From Candidatus Kaiserbacteria bacterium (GTDB taxonomy: Bacteria; Patescibacteriota; Minisyncoccia; Phycocordibacterales; JABMNX01), in assembly GCA_016186705.1 (NCBI GenBank), contig JACPLB010000001.1, forward strand, positions 11,106 through 75,105: DNA of 64,000 nucleotides. The letters are read 5' to 3'. Numbering within the stretch: position 1 is the first letter of the stretch; each line of letters opens with the position of its first letter. The position numbers and the translations under genes are program-made. The notes under the pieces were generated by a model. That model had not been told where the DNA came from, did not search any database, and was given only the letters and a program-made list of their open reading frames with translations. Positions 9,086-18,522 of the stretch are shown here, in pieces.

Positions 9086-9869
9086 AGAATCACGTGCGCG
9101 AGTCGGACGAATTCCGCGCGCTTTTGCAGTCATTGGTCTCCTTGTTCTCATTATCCTTGGCGTTAATTACGCGACGTTCGGCGGACTTTCACGCGTCTTG
9201 CATACGATTGGAAATCCTCTGTGGAAAGCGCAGGCACGGGCGGGAGGCGCCGTAGACGGCGTCTTCGCAGGATTTAAAGACAAGCAATCGCTCCGCGAGG
9301 AAAACAAACGTCTCAAAGAAGAGATTGTTCGTCTCACATTTTCGTCGATTTCCGCGGAAGTTTTGCGTCATGAAAACGAGGACCTGCGGCGCCTTCTTCA
9401 ACGCGAAGGGGAAGTTGAGCGTATCGCCGCGGCAGTGCTCGCGCGCCCCAGTCGCTCTCTCTACGATACGTTTGTGGTTGATGTCGGAAGGAAAAATGGA
9501 GTTGTGATGAACGCACGTGTCTTTGGAGCGGGAGATATCGTCATCGGCACTGTTGCCGAAGTGTATCCAAGCACGTCTCTGGTGAGTCTCTACTCGACGC
9601 CGGGACGCACAACGGAGATATTTGTGGGAGATGATTCGGCAATCTCCGCAGAAGCGGTTGGCCGTGGCGGGGGAGATTTTGAAGTGAAACTCCCGCGCGG
9701 CGTCGAAGTGACAGCGGGGACTCCGGTATTTTCTCCGCTTCTTCAAGGCGGAATACTTGGCGTTGTCGAGGATGTCGTCGCACTTCCGTCAAATTCATTC
9801 CAAACGATTCTCTTTAGCAGTCCCGTTAATATACAGTCGCTGCGTACTGTAGCGGTTGAACTACAATGA
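9057..9869 (+). CDS. mreC: Rod shape-determining protein MreC
   Basis: TM helix, coiled coil (LREENKRLKEE), beta domain; follows mreB. Confidence 0.88.
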   Translation: MKTSFLRQSKESRARVGRIPRAFAVIGLLVLIILGVNYATFGGLSRVLHTIGNPLWKAQARAGGAVDGVFAGFKDKQSLREENKRLKEEIVRLTFSSISAEVLRHENEDLRRLLQREGEVERIAAAVLARPSRSLYDTFVVDVGRKNGVVMNARVFGAGDIVIGTVAEVYPSTSLVSLYSTPGRTTEIFVGDDSAISAEAVGRGGGDFEVKLPRGVEVTAGTPVFSPLLQGGILGVVEDVVALPSNSFQTILFSSPVNIQSLRTVAVELQ

Positions 9870-10138
9870 CGCTACTCCGCATAGTGCTCGCGTCTCTGTT
9901 TTTTTCAAGCGTTTTCTTTTCCCCCTGGGTTATAACGGTCCTTTTTGCGTGCATGCTTCTCATTGTCTCTTCCGGATACGAAATTATTTTTGGCGGGCTT
10001 ATGCTCGATCTTCTCTACGGTGTCGCCGTTCCGGCGTACGCCGGCGTGCCGCTCCTCTTCACTGTCTTTTTTTGCATCCTTTTCGTCGCGAGCTTTTATA
10101 TAAAAAAGCACCTCATGTTTTATCACAATCGCGTATAG
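9866..10138 (+). CDS. Small polytopic membrane protein, probable MreD equivalent
   Basis: Hydrophobic 90 aa with GLMLDLLYG; lies between mreC and the PBP2 gene. Confidence 0.65.
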   Translation: MTLLRIVLASLFFSSVFFSPWVITVLFACMLLIVSSGYEIIFGGLMLDLLYGVAVPAYAGVPLLFTVFFCILFVASFYIKKHLMFYHNRV

Positions 10139-10166
10139 ACGTTTTCAAAAATGCTACAATAGCGGA

Positions 10167-11876
10167 GTGAACTTTCGCCGAATCAAACATTTTCTTCGCC
10201 GTCTTTTCTCGCGAAGGAAGGACCGTGAAATCAATCCGGATGAGATTTTTCTTGACGCAAGCAATCTTCCGGCTTTTGACCAACATCAATTTGAAGGGCG
10301 TCTTGAGCGTCCGATTGCCAAGCGTACTCATTTCCTCGTCGCCGCAGTGTTTCTTTTTCTGCTCCTTCTCTATGCCGGACGTGTCGGTTTTCTTCAGACG
10401 TACAGAGGCGAAGCATTCGCGCGTCTCAGCGAGAGTAATCGCCTCACGCACTCGATTATCTTTGCCGACCGCGGGGTCTTGTATGATCGGACAGGGAAGG
10501 AGCTTGCCTGGAATGTCGCGGGCACGGACGATGATTTTGCATTGCGCCGTTATTATAGGGATGAGGGGCTCTCGCACGCGATAGGGTACGTCGGCTACCC
10601 GCTTAAGGATGTTGCCGGAGTGTATTACCAGAATGCGTACATTGGCAGAGGCGGCGCGGAGTCTTTTTTTGACGGGCGGCTTTCGGGTGACAACGGACTC
10701 AAAATCGTCGAGATTGACGCGCTTCAAAAGGTAACGTCGGAGAGCGTCGTGCGTCCGCCGCGAGACGGAGAAAATATAACGCTCTCGGTTGACGCGTCTT
10801 TAAGTTCCGCTCTTTTTACTCTTCTGAAACGTCGAGCGGAAGAGTCTGGTTTTGTCGGCGGCGCGGGGGTCGTTGTGGATATTTCAAATGGAGAAATTAT
10901 CGCACTTGCGAGTTATCCGGAGTACGATTCACAGACGCTCACCGACGGGGAGTCCGGCGAGCGCATCCAATCGTACGTTGAGGACAGTCGAAAGCCCTTT
11001 TTAAACCGCATTGTCTCGGGTCTCTATACGCCCGGCTCCATCATCAAGCCGATTATCGCCATCGGTGCGCTTGAAGAAGGTGTTATTACTCCGGAAAAAG
11101 AAATTTTAAGCACAGGTTCTATACGTGTTCCGCACCCCTACATTGAGGATGCTTTTTCGATTTTTGTTGACTGGAAGGCGCACGGGTACGTTGACATGCG
11201 CCGGGCGCTCGCGGTGTCTTCAAATGTGTACTTCTACGAGGTCGGTGGCGGTTTTGAGAACCAAAAAGGAATCGGCATTGAAGGCATCAACCGATACGCA
11301 CGCATGTTCGGACTCGGTGAGACGAGTAGCTCTCCGTTTGAAGGGGAAAGTATCGGCGTTATCCCAAACCCGCGTTGGAAGGAAGAAACATTTAATGGTG
11401 ACGAGTGGCGCATCGGAGATACGTACAATACTTCCATCGGACAGTACGGTTTCCAGGTAACGCCGATGCAAATGGCGCTCGCCATCGGTGCCATTGCAAA
11501 CGGAGGCACGTTGTTTACCCCGATTCTCGAGAAGGGGACTTCTGCCGAAAAGAAGGTATTGCCGATTAACGCCCGCAACACGGAAGTTGTCCGCGAAGGC
11601 ATGCGTCTCGGCGTGCGTGAAGGAACCGCACAAGCACTCTCGGTGTCGTTCGTTGATGTTGCCGCGAAGACGGGCACGGCGGAACTCGGCACCGTGAAGC
11701 AATTTGTCAATTCATGGGTGGTGGGATTTTATCCGTACGAGAACCCCCGGTATGCGTTTGCGGTCATTATGGAACGCGGTCCGGTCAAAAATCTTGTCGG
11801 CGCCGCGTCAGTCATGCGCGAGTACCTTGAGTGGATTCACGCACACGCGCCAGAGTATCTTTCTCCTGTCAATTGA
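10167..11876 (+). CDS. mrdA: Penicillin-binding protein 2 (class B)
   Basis: PGSIIK (SxxK), SSN, KTG motifs; mre operon context. Confidence 0.92.
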   Translation: MNFRRIKHFLRRLFSRRKDREINPDEIFLDASNLPAFDQHQFEGRLERPIAKRTHFLVAAVFLFLLLLYAGRVGFLQTYRGEAFARLSESNRLTHSIIFADRGVLYDRTGKELAWNVAGTDDDFALRRYYRDEGLSHAIGYVGYPLKDVAGVYYQNAYIGRGGAESFFDGRLSGDNGLKIVEIDALQKVTSESVVRPPRDGENITLSVDASLSSALFTLLKRRAEESGFVGGAGVVVDISNGEIIALASYPEYDSQTLTDGESGERIQSYVEDSRKPFLNRIVSGLYTPGSIIKPIIAIGALEEGVITPEKEILSTGSIRVPHPYIEDAFSIFVDWKAHGYVDMRRALAVSSNVYFYEVGGGFENQKGIGIEGINRYARMFGLGETSSSPFEGESIGVIPNPRWKEETFNGDEWRIGDTYNTSIGQYGFQVTPMQMALAIGAIANGGTLFTPILEKGTSAEKKVLPINARNTEVVREGMRLGVREGTAQALSVSFVDVAAKTGTAELGTVKQFVNSWVVGFYPYENPRYAFAVIMERGPVKNLVGAASVMREYLEWIHAHAPEYLSPVN

Positions 11877-11917
11877 CTTTTTTTATCCTCTCCGTACAAT
11901 ACTCTCTACAATCAATT

Positions 11918-12385
11918 ATGACTGACGAGAATAACTACCTGACTCAGAAAAAATTCGAGGAGCTGACAAAGGAACTTGAGCATCTGAAAACTACGAAGCG
12001 GAAAGAGATTGCCGAAAGTCTTGAATACGCACGTTCGCTTGGAGACCTCTCCGAAAATGCCGAATATCAGGAAGCGCGCGAGATGCAGGCGGCAGCGGAA
12101 GAACGCATCAACCAGCTTGAACAGCTCTTAAAAAATCCGAAAATCGTCGCTCATAAAAAAGGGAGTACGATTAGTCTCGGCTCAAAAGTAACTATCAGAA
12201 AAGAAGGGGAAAAAGACACCCACGAATATATTATTGTCGGTTCGGAAGAGGCGAACATGCAAGAGAGGAAAATCTCATACCTCTCTCCTTTGGGCGAGGC
12301 GATAATGGGGAAAAAGAAAGGAGACCTTTTTGCTTTTCAGACGCCGAACGGCAAAAAAAACTACACCATTGTCTCCATTGAATAG
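11918..12385 (+). CDS. greA: Transcription elongation factor GreA
   Basis: GDLSENAEY, ISYLSPLG; start reassigned to ATG 11918. Confidence 0.96.
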   Translation: MTDENNYLTQKKFEELTKELEHLKTTKRKEIAESLEYARSLGDLSENAEYQEAREMQAAAEERINQLEQLLKNPKIVAHKKGSTISLGSKVTIRKEGEKDTHEYIIVGSEEANMQERKISYLSPLGEAIMGKKKGDLFAFQTPNGKKNYTIVSIE

Positions 12386-12471
12386 TGAACGCAGGGAGTT
12401 GACTGCGCCGGCGCTCTCCATGAGAGCGTTTTCGTTTTGATTGGAAAAGTCGGTAAGGTACAATAAGCAAT

Positions 12472-14052
12472 ATGTTTTGGGCGGACAAAATAACGGAAGA
12501 TTTCATTCAAAAGAGAAAAAAAGTAATTGAACGAAAGAAAGCAATTATTATTCGCGATGAGAAAACGGCATCGGGGCGTATTCACGTCGGTTCGATGCGC
12601 GGAGTGGCGATGCACGCGACCCTCTCGCGAACACTTTCGGAACGGGATATTCCAAACACGTTCCTCTATGAGATAAACGATTTTGACGCTTTTGACACCG
12701 TACCCGCGTATCTTGACGTCAAGGTGTATCAAAAGCATCTTGGAAAACCACTCTTCATGCTTCCCGCGCCTGAGGGCGCGGAGGGAGAGAATTACGCGGA
12801 ATATTTCGGCGGCGAGTTTGCCCGCGTAATTAAAGCAAGCGGCTTCTCTCCTCAATTTTATTATTCAAGCGACGAGTACAAGACGGGAAAATACAATGAC
12901 ATGATTCGCACGGCGCTTACGAACGCCGAGAGCATCCGAACAATTTACCAAGAAGTCTCCGGCGGCTCACCCAAGGAGAACTGGCTCCCCATTATGGTTA
13001 TCTGTGAGAAATGCGGACGCGTCGCGACGACACGCGCCGTGTCTTTTGACGGAGAACGCGTGAGGTATGTCTGCGACCAGGAAGCTTCCGGCGCAAAGGG
13101 GTGCGGGCACGAAGGGGAAATCTCTCCTTTTGACGGGCGCGCGAAATTACCATGGAAAGTGGAATGGGCGGCAAAGTTCAAAGTGTTTGACGTTGATATG
13201 GAAGGAGAGGGGAAAGACCTCTCAACAAAGGGCGGAGCACGCGATGTCGCGAATAGAATCTCACAGGAGGTCTTCGGATACGAACCGCCGTACGACAGCC
13301 CGTATGAGTTTCTCCTTATAGGGAACAGAAAAATGTCCACCTCAAAAGGCGCCGGGGCGTCCGCGGGAGACATTGCATCCCTTGTTCCGCCGAAAATCTT
13401 CCACCTCGCGCTCATCGGGCGTGATATCAAGCGCGCGACGAATTTTGACCCGGAAGGGGACACGATACCTGTCTTGTACGACGAATACGATAAACTCGCG
13501 GAGAAATACGGGACCGGTGTTGAGGACGACGACACGCGGCTTTTCGCGCTTATTCACAAGGAAGGAGAGATTGTCTCGCGCTTCTACCCCCGATTCTCAC
13601 AGGTGGCGTTTCTTATTCAGATGCCGCACATGAATCTCAAGAATGAAGTCGTCCGGATGAAAGGTTCATCCCTTACTCACGATGATAAGAAAGAATTGGA
13701 AGAGCGGGCACTCTACGCGAGAGAGTGGCTCGCGCGATACGCGCCGGAGCGTTATGTTTACAAACTTCATACGGACGACATTCCTCCTCAAACAAAAAAT
13801 TTCTCTCACGCACAAAAAGAAGCACTTAAGAAAGTGCTTGAAGTGATACAAAACTTAAAAGTACTCGACGGGCAGGAACTCCATACCGCGCTCCATGCGA
13901 TTCGAAAGGAACGTAACATTGAACCGTCGGAATTTTTCGGGGCGCTCTATCTTTCATTCCTGGGAAAAGAGAACGGTCCAAAAATCGGCTGGTTCTTAAG
14001 TGTGTTGGATAAATCGTTTCTCGAAAAACGCCTCGAAGAGGTAAGCCAATAA
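12472..14052 (+). CDS. lysS: Class I lysyl-tRNA synthetase
   Basis: SGRIHVG (HIGH-like), KLPWKVEW, KMSTSKG, GPKIG. Confidence 0.92.
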   Translation: MFWADKITEDFIQKRKKVIERKKAIIIRDEKTASGRIHVGSMRGVAMHATLSRTLSERDIPNTFLYEINDFDAFDTVPAYLDVKVYQKHLGKPLFMLPAPEGAEGENYAEYFGGEFARVIKASGFSPQFYYSSDEYKTGKYNDMIRTALTNAESIRTIYQEVSGGSPKENWLPIMVICEKCGRVATTRAVSFDGERVRYVCDQEASGAKGCGHEGEISPFDGRAKLPWKVEWAAKFKVFDVDMEGEGKDLSTKGGARDVANRISQEVFGYEPPYDSPYEFLLIGNRKMSTSKGAGASAGDIASLVPPKIFHLALIGRDIKRATNFDPEGDTIPVLYDEYDKLAEKYGTGVEDDDTRLFALIHKEGEIVSRFYPRFSQVAFLIQMPHMNLKNEVVRMKGSSLTHDDKKELEERALYAREWLARYAPERYVYKLHTDDIPPQTKNFSHAQKEALKKVLEVIQNLKVLDGQELHTALHAIRKERNIEPSEFFGALYLSFLGKENGPKIGWFLSVLDKSFLEKRLEEVSQ

Positions 14053-14104
14053 AAGAAAACGACCCGCCAAGAAGACAGCGGGTCGAAGATTGGGAGGAAA
14101 AGAA

Positions 14105-14770
14105 CTAATTGCGTTTTCTCGCGTGAGCCCCAAGCTTTGGGAGTACGTGGTGATAAAGCACCGGGATAATAATCGCGAGCTGGATGCCTGCAAACCAGAT
14201 TCCCGTAAGCCACTTCCCGTCGGCAATGGTGAGACCGCTTCCGATGAGGAATAGTCCCCACGTTGTCAGGTTCTCGTAATGCCTCTCGTAGATGGTCGCC
14301 CGAATGAGCGGCCATGTTGCGACCGTTAGGCCGAAGAGGGAGGTTACGAGCCCGAGCGTCGACGTCCTGACGCTCCACCAGAGTATCATCACCTCCTTTT
14401 CGAGATTCGGCATGATGCCGAATTCCCAGATGATGACTGCGGCAATGATTATGCTGCAAGCGGTGTCGTTCTTGCTCCACTTGCTGGGTTTTCCGTACCA
14501 CCATGAGAGTACAACGGCGATGAGCGCCCCTGCGGTGAAGACGAGTATCAGGAGGTCGAAAACTCCGCGACCGAGCTGGCCCTTGAATGCCAACGTATCG
14601 AGGATGAGAAGCAGGAGCCATGTCGAGAAGACGATAGTCTGCTTGCCGTTGACGATTTGGTAGACGTAGTAAGCTACTGCCGTTGCGGAGAAGACGACTA
14701 CGCCGAATCCCCATGAGGTCGCGACTATCGCGTACCCGAAGAGAGTCACGTTGATGAGGGTCGAATCCAT
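14105..14770 (-). CDS. Hypothetical multi-pass membrane protein (ORFan) with its own promoter and SD
   Basis: About 7 hydrophobic segments; AAGGAGG SD; TTGACA..TATAAT at 14853-14824 (minus). Confidence 0.75.
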   Translation of the reverse strand: MDSTLINVTLFGYAIVATSWGFGVVVFSATAVAYYVYQIVNGKQTIVFSTWLLLLILDTLAFKGQLGRGVFDLLILVFTAGALIAVVLSWWYGKPSKWSKNDTACSIIIAAVIIWEFGIMPNLEKEVMILWWSVRTSTLGLVTSLFGLTVATWPLIRATIYERHYENLTTWGLFLIGSGLTIADGKWLTGIWFAGIQLAIIIPVLYHHVLPKLGAHARKRN

Positions 14771-14967
14771 CGCCCCCTCCTTTCATTTCTACACCGACAA
14801 GTGGTGCGTGTTGATCTTTTTTAATTATATCATATAACATATCATCTTGTCAAGTATGAAAAGTTTTGAATAAAACAAAAAACGACCCCACACATGGGTC
14901 GTTTATAGTATCTCCAGTCAAAGAGTCTCTTTTGTTTTCTCATACACACACATTTCCCTTGGGGGCA

Positions 14968-14976
14968 TGTGGATAA
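14968..14976 (-). promoter_or_regulatory. Consensus DnaA box
   Basis: TGTGGATAA is the reverse complement of TTATCCACA. Confidence 0.55.
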
Positions 14977-14990
14977 CTGTGTTTTATAAA

Positions 14991-15037
14991 GTGGGATAGA
15001 GTGTCATATACTACTCTGATAGTGGGGAAAAGTGGGA
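14991..15037 (+). promoter_or_regulatory. MraZ-binding direct repeats
   Basis: GTGGG at 14991, 15022 and 15032 (about 10-nt phasing) directly upstream of mraZ. Confidence 0.7.
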
Positions 15038-15040
15038 ATT

Positions 15041-15475
15041 ATGCTCATCGGCGAATACACACATTCCTTGGATACGAAAAAGCGATTGTCTCTGCCGAAG
15101 AAGTTTCGCACCGAACTCGGCAGGAAGGTCGTTGTAACACGCGGTCTCGACAACTGCCTTTTCATGTATCCGATGCAGGCGTGGAGAAAAACGGCGAAAC
15201 GCCTTGAGGAGTTATCGTTCGCGCAAGCAGATACCCGCGGATTTAACCGCTTTATGCTCTCCGGTGCCGTTGAAGTTGATATTGACTCGGTCGGCCGCAT
15301 TCTCGTTCCCGATTTTTTGAAAGAATTCGCGGGGCTCAAGAGTAAGGTCGTTCTTGCCGGAGTAAATGACCGCGTTGAGATATGGAACGAGGGCGCGTGG
15401 AGCGAGTACAAGACGCGTATTGAACGGCAAGCCGACGCGATGGCCGAAAAGCTCGGGGAGATCGGCGCCTTGTAG
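15041..15475 (+). CDS. mraZ: Division/cell wall cluster repressor MraZ
   Basis: GEYTHSLDTKKRL, DSVGRILVP, RVEIW. Confidence 0.96.
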   Translation: MLIGEYTHSLDTKKRLSLPKKFRTELGRKVVVTRGLDNCLFMYPMQAWRKTAKRLEELSFAQADTRGFNRFMLSGAVEVDIDSVGRILVPDFLKEFAGLKSKVVLAGVNDRVEIWNEGAWSEYKTRIERQADAMAEKLGEIGAL

Positions 15476-15548
15476 CTTTCAGCTTATGGTTTTCAGCTTT
15501 CAGGAATGGTTTGAATCTACAAGCTTAAAGCTCTTAGCTGAAAGCTGA
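15473..15548. repeat. Two inverted heptamer AGCT arrays between mraZ and rsmH
   Basis: TAGCTTTCAGCTTATGGTTTTCAGCTTTCAG ... AAGCTTAAAGCTCTTAGCTGAAAGCTG. Confidence 0.75.
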
Positions 15549-15552
15549 ATTC

Positions 15553-16470
15553 ATGCATCGGAGCGTTCTTTTACAAGAAACAATAGATTCACTCGACATC
15601 AAAAAAGACGATGTCGTTGTTGACGCCACGTTCGGCGGAGGCGGACACAGCAGGGCGATACTTGAAAGACTCGGGAAAAAGGGGGTCCTCGTCGCGATTG
15701 ATACTGACTTAGACGCCCTTGAAAAGGGAAAGGAGACGCTCGGAAGTTTTCCCGCTCGGACGTTTTTCAAGGAAGCGAATTTTCGCGCCGTGGACCGCGT
15801 GCTTGATGAATGCGGAATCAAAGAAGCGGACAAATTCCTTTTTGACCTCGGCATGAGCTCCGACCAGCTTGAAAAAAGCGGCAGAGGATTCAGCTTCAGA
15901 AGAAAAGAGCCACTCGTCATGACGCTCTCCGGGAATGTAGATAAAACGACACTGACCGCAGAGCGCATCGTGAACGAATGGAGTGAATCTCAAATCGCGA
16001 CAATCATCCGCGGATACGGAGAAGAGGCGTTTTCAAAACGAATCGCAAAAGCAATCGTTGACGCGCGAAAGGTGAAGCGAATCAAAAATACCGAAGTGCT
16101 CGCGCAAATTGTAAAAAGCGCGGTGCCCCTCTGGTACCGAAGACGGCGCATTCATCCCGCGACGAAAACATTCCAGGCGCTCCGCATCGCAGTCAACGAT
16201 GAGATTGACGCTCTCCGTGAAGGGCTCCAAAAAGCCCAGACGAGGCTCGCGAAGGACGGAAGAATCGCGACCATCACATTCCACAGCATTGAGGACAGAG
16301 CGGTTAAACGGCTCTTCCAAGGGTGGAAAAAAGATGGCACAGGGGAGCCGCTTTTCCGAAAACCGATTGTCCCGAGTCGGACGGAAATAAGAGAAAATCC
16401 GCGGGCGCGGAGCGCAAAGTTGAGAACATTTAAAAAATATGACAATACGAACACGAAGCATTTCATATAA
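15553..16470 (+). CDS. rsmH: 16S rRNA C1402 methyltransferase
   Basis: DATFGGGGHS, DLGMSS, HPATKTFQALRIAVN, NPRARSAKLR. Confidence 0.97.
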   Translation: MHRSVLLQETIDSLDIKKDDVVVDATFGGGGHSRAILERLGKKGVLVAIDTDLDALEKGKETLGSFPARTFFKEANFRAVDRVLDECGIKEADKFLFDLGMSSDQLEKSGRGFSFRRKEPLVMTLSGNVDKTTLTAERIVNEWSESQIATIIRGYGEEAFSKRIAKAIVDARKVKRIKNTEVLAQIVKSAVPLWYRRRRIHPATKTFQALRIAVNDEIDALREGLQKAQTRLAKDGRIATITFHSIEDRAVKRLFQGWKKDGTGEPLFRKPIVPSRTEIRENPRARSAKLRTFKKYDNTNTKHFI

Positions 16471-16777
16471 ACTACACAGTGTAGAACAGCGGCTCTGTAT
16501 GGGCGTTGTGATGTTATGCGCCGCGCTTGTAAGTTTGTACATATATTTTGTCGGTAAATCAATCGTGAACGTTGTTGTGCGTGAGGAAACGGAACTTCGT
16601 ATCGGCGAAGTTAATTCTCTTCTCAGCGAACTCGAACGGGAATATCTCACGAAGAAGGACGCGATGAGCATGAAATTTGCGGAAGAGAAGGGTTACTATC
16701 CAATTTCGCACAAGCTATTCGTGAATCGCGGCACTTTTGTCGGTCGCAGTCTCTCTCAAGACAATAATGAGATCTAA
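16439..16777 (+). CDS. FtsL-like cell division protein
   Basis: Single TM plus coiled coil, positioned between rsmH and ftsI. Confidence 0.7.
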   Translation: MTIRTRSISYKLHSVEQRLCMGVVMLCAALVSLYIYFVGKSIVNVVVREETELRIGEVNSLLSELEREYLTKKDAMSMKFAEEKGYYPISHKLFVNRGTFVGRSLSQDNNEI

Positions 16778-18479
16778 TTTCATAGTACGCATCAGAGTCA
16801 TACTCGGATTCGTGCTTCTTGTCGCCGCCTTTCTTCTCACAAAACTCTATTTCGTGCAAATTGTCTACGGGGACGAATACAGCGCGCGCGCCGACCGGCA
16901 ATACGTTCGTCCAAACGAAAATCTTTTCGACCGCGGCTCGATTTTTTTTGAAGATAAGGATGGACGCCTTGTGTCTGCCGCAACTTTGAAAACCGGCTTT
17001 ACTGTTTCAATCAATCCGAATGTTCTTCAGAACCCGGAAAACGTGTATGAGAAAATTTCTGGAATCATTGAGCTTGACCGTGACGAATTTTTTAAGAGGG
17101 CGGGAAAAACTGACGACCCGTACGAAGAGATTGCGAAGCGGGTCTCTCCGGAGAACGGGCTTTTGATTGACGGGCTCCACATAGAAGGGGTAAAGGTTCA
17201 CAAGGAGCGCTGGCGTTTCTATCCGGGAGAAGCGCTCGCCGCGCAAACCATCGGGTTCGTTGCGTTTCAGGAAGACGAACTCTCTGGACGATACGGGCTC
17301 GAGCGGTACTATAATGACACGCTCTCGCGAAACACGAACAATCTTTACGTTAATTTTTTCGCGGAGATTTTTTCAAACATCAATACAGCGCTCTTCACAG
17401 GGGATGATGGACGGGAGGGCGACATCGTTACGACGATTGAACCGTCAGTCCAGCTTTTTCTTGAACGGAAGCTCGAGGAGATAGGTGAAAAGTGGAATCC
17501 GCGCCAGGCCGCCGGCATTATCATCAATCCGCAGAACGGGGAAATTTACGCGATGGGGATTTACCCGAGCTTCGACATCAATCGCTTTTCGGAAGTGGAA
17601 GACGCGTCCGTCTTCTCGCACTCCTTGGTTGAAGGAGCTTACGAAATGGGCTCGATTATAAAGCCTCTGACGCTTGCCGCAGGGCTCGACTCGGGGGCAA
17701 TCACGGCGGACACGACCTACTATGACCAAGGTTTTGTCACTCTTGACGGGTTAACCATCTCGAACTTTGACGGCAAAGGACGCGGACGCGTACCGATGCA
17801 GGAAATTTTGAATCAATCGCTCAATACCGGCGCGACATTCGTTATGCAGAAGATGGGCACGGAGACTTTCCGCGAATACATGCTTAAGTACGGTATCGGG
17901 AAAGAAACCGGCATTGACCTTCCGAATGAAGGCGTGGGCCTCGTAAAAAATCTTGAAAGTCCGCGTACGATTGAGTACGCGACGGCATCCTTCGGGCAGG
18001 GAATTGCCATAACGCCGATTGAGACCGTTCGTGCGCTCTCGACATTGGCGAACGGCGGGGTATTGGTCACTCCTCACCTCGGGAAAGAAATAAAGTACCG
18101 GACGGGGCTTTCAAAGACCATTTCGTATGTTGACGGGCAACGAGTGCTTCAAGAATCAACGTCGGAAGAAATTACTCGCATGCTCGTCAAGGTTGTCGAC
18201 GAAGCGCTCCTTGGCGGGACGGTCAAGTTTCCGAATTACAGCGTCGCGGCAAAAACAGGAACGGCGCAAATTGCGAATACCGAAGAGCGAGGGTACTATG
18301 ATGACAGGTTTCTCCATTCGTTTTTCGGCTATTTTCCGGCGTATGACCCGCGGTTCCTTGTTTTTTTTATCATGCTTGAGCCGAAGGAGGTTCGCTTTGC
18401 GTCGCAAACACTGACGCTTCCGTTTATCGACTCTGTTCATTTTTTAATCAACTACTACGACGTTCCGCCGGATAGATAA
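16767..18479 (+). CDS. ftsI: Division class B PBP (FtsI/PBP3-like)
   Basis: GSIIK, SLN, KTGTAQ; dcw context. Confidence 0.9.
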   Translation: MRSNFIVRIRVILGFVLLVAAFLLTKLYFVQIVYGDEYSARADRQYVRPNENLFDRGSIFFEDKDGRLVSAATLKTGFTVSINPNVLQNPENVYEKISGIIELDRDEFFKRAGKTDDPYEEIAKRVSPENGLLIDGLHIEGVKVHKERWRFYPGEALAAQTIGFVAFQEDELSGRYGLERYYNDTLSRNTNNLYVNFFAEIFSNINTALFTGDDGREGDIVTTIEPSVQLFLERKLEEIGEKWNPRQAAGIIINPQNGEIYAMGIYPSFDINRFSEVEDASVFSHSLVEGAYEMGSIIKPLTLAAGLDSGAITADTTYYDQGFVTLDGLTISNFDGKGRGRVPMQEILNQSLNTGATFVMQKMGTETFREYMLKYGIGKETGIDLPNEGVGLVKNLESPRTIEYATASFGQGIAITPIETVRALSTLANGGVLVTPHLGKEIKYRTGLSKTISYVDGQRVLQESTSEEITRMLVKVVDEALLGGTVKFPNYSVAAKTGTAQIANTEERGYYDDRFLHSFFGYFPAYDPRFLVFFIMLEPKEVRFASQTLTLPFIDSVHFLINYYDVPPDR

Positions 18480-18522
18480 CTTTCCGCATCCCAGGGGGGT
18501 GTACTCGAGAGTTTCGTTGAAC

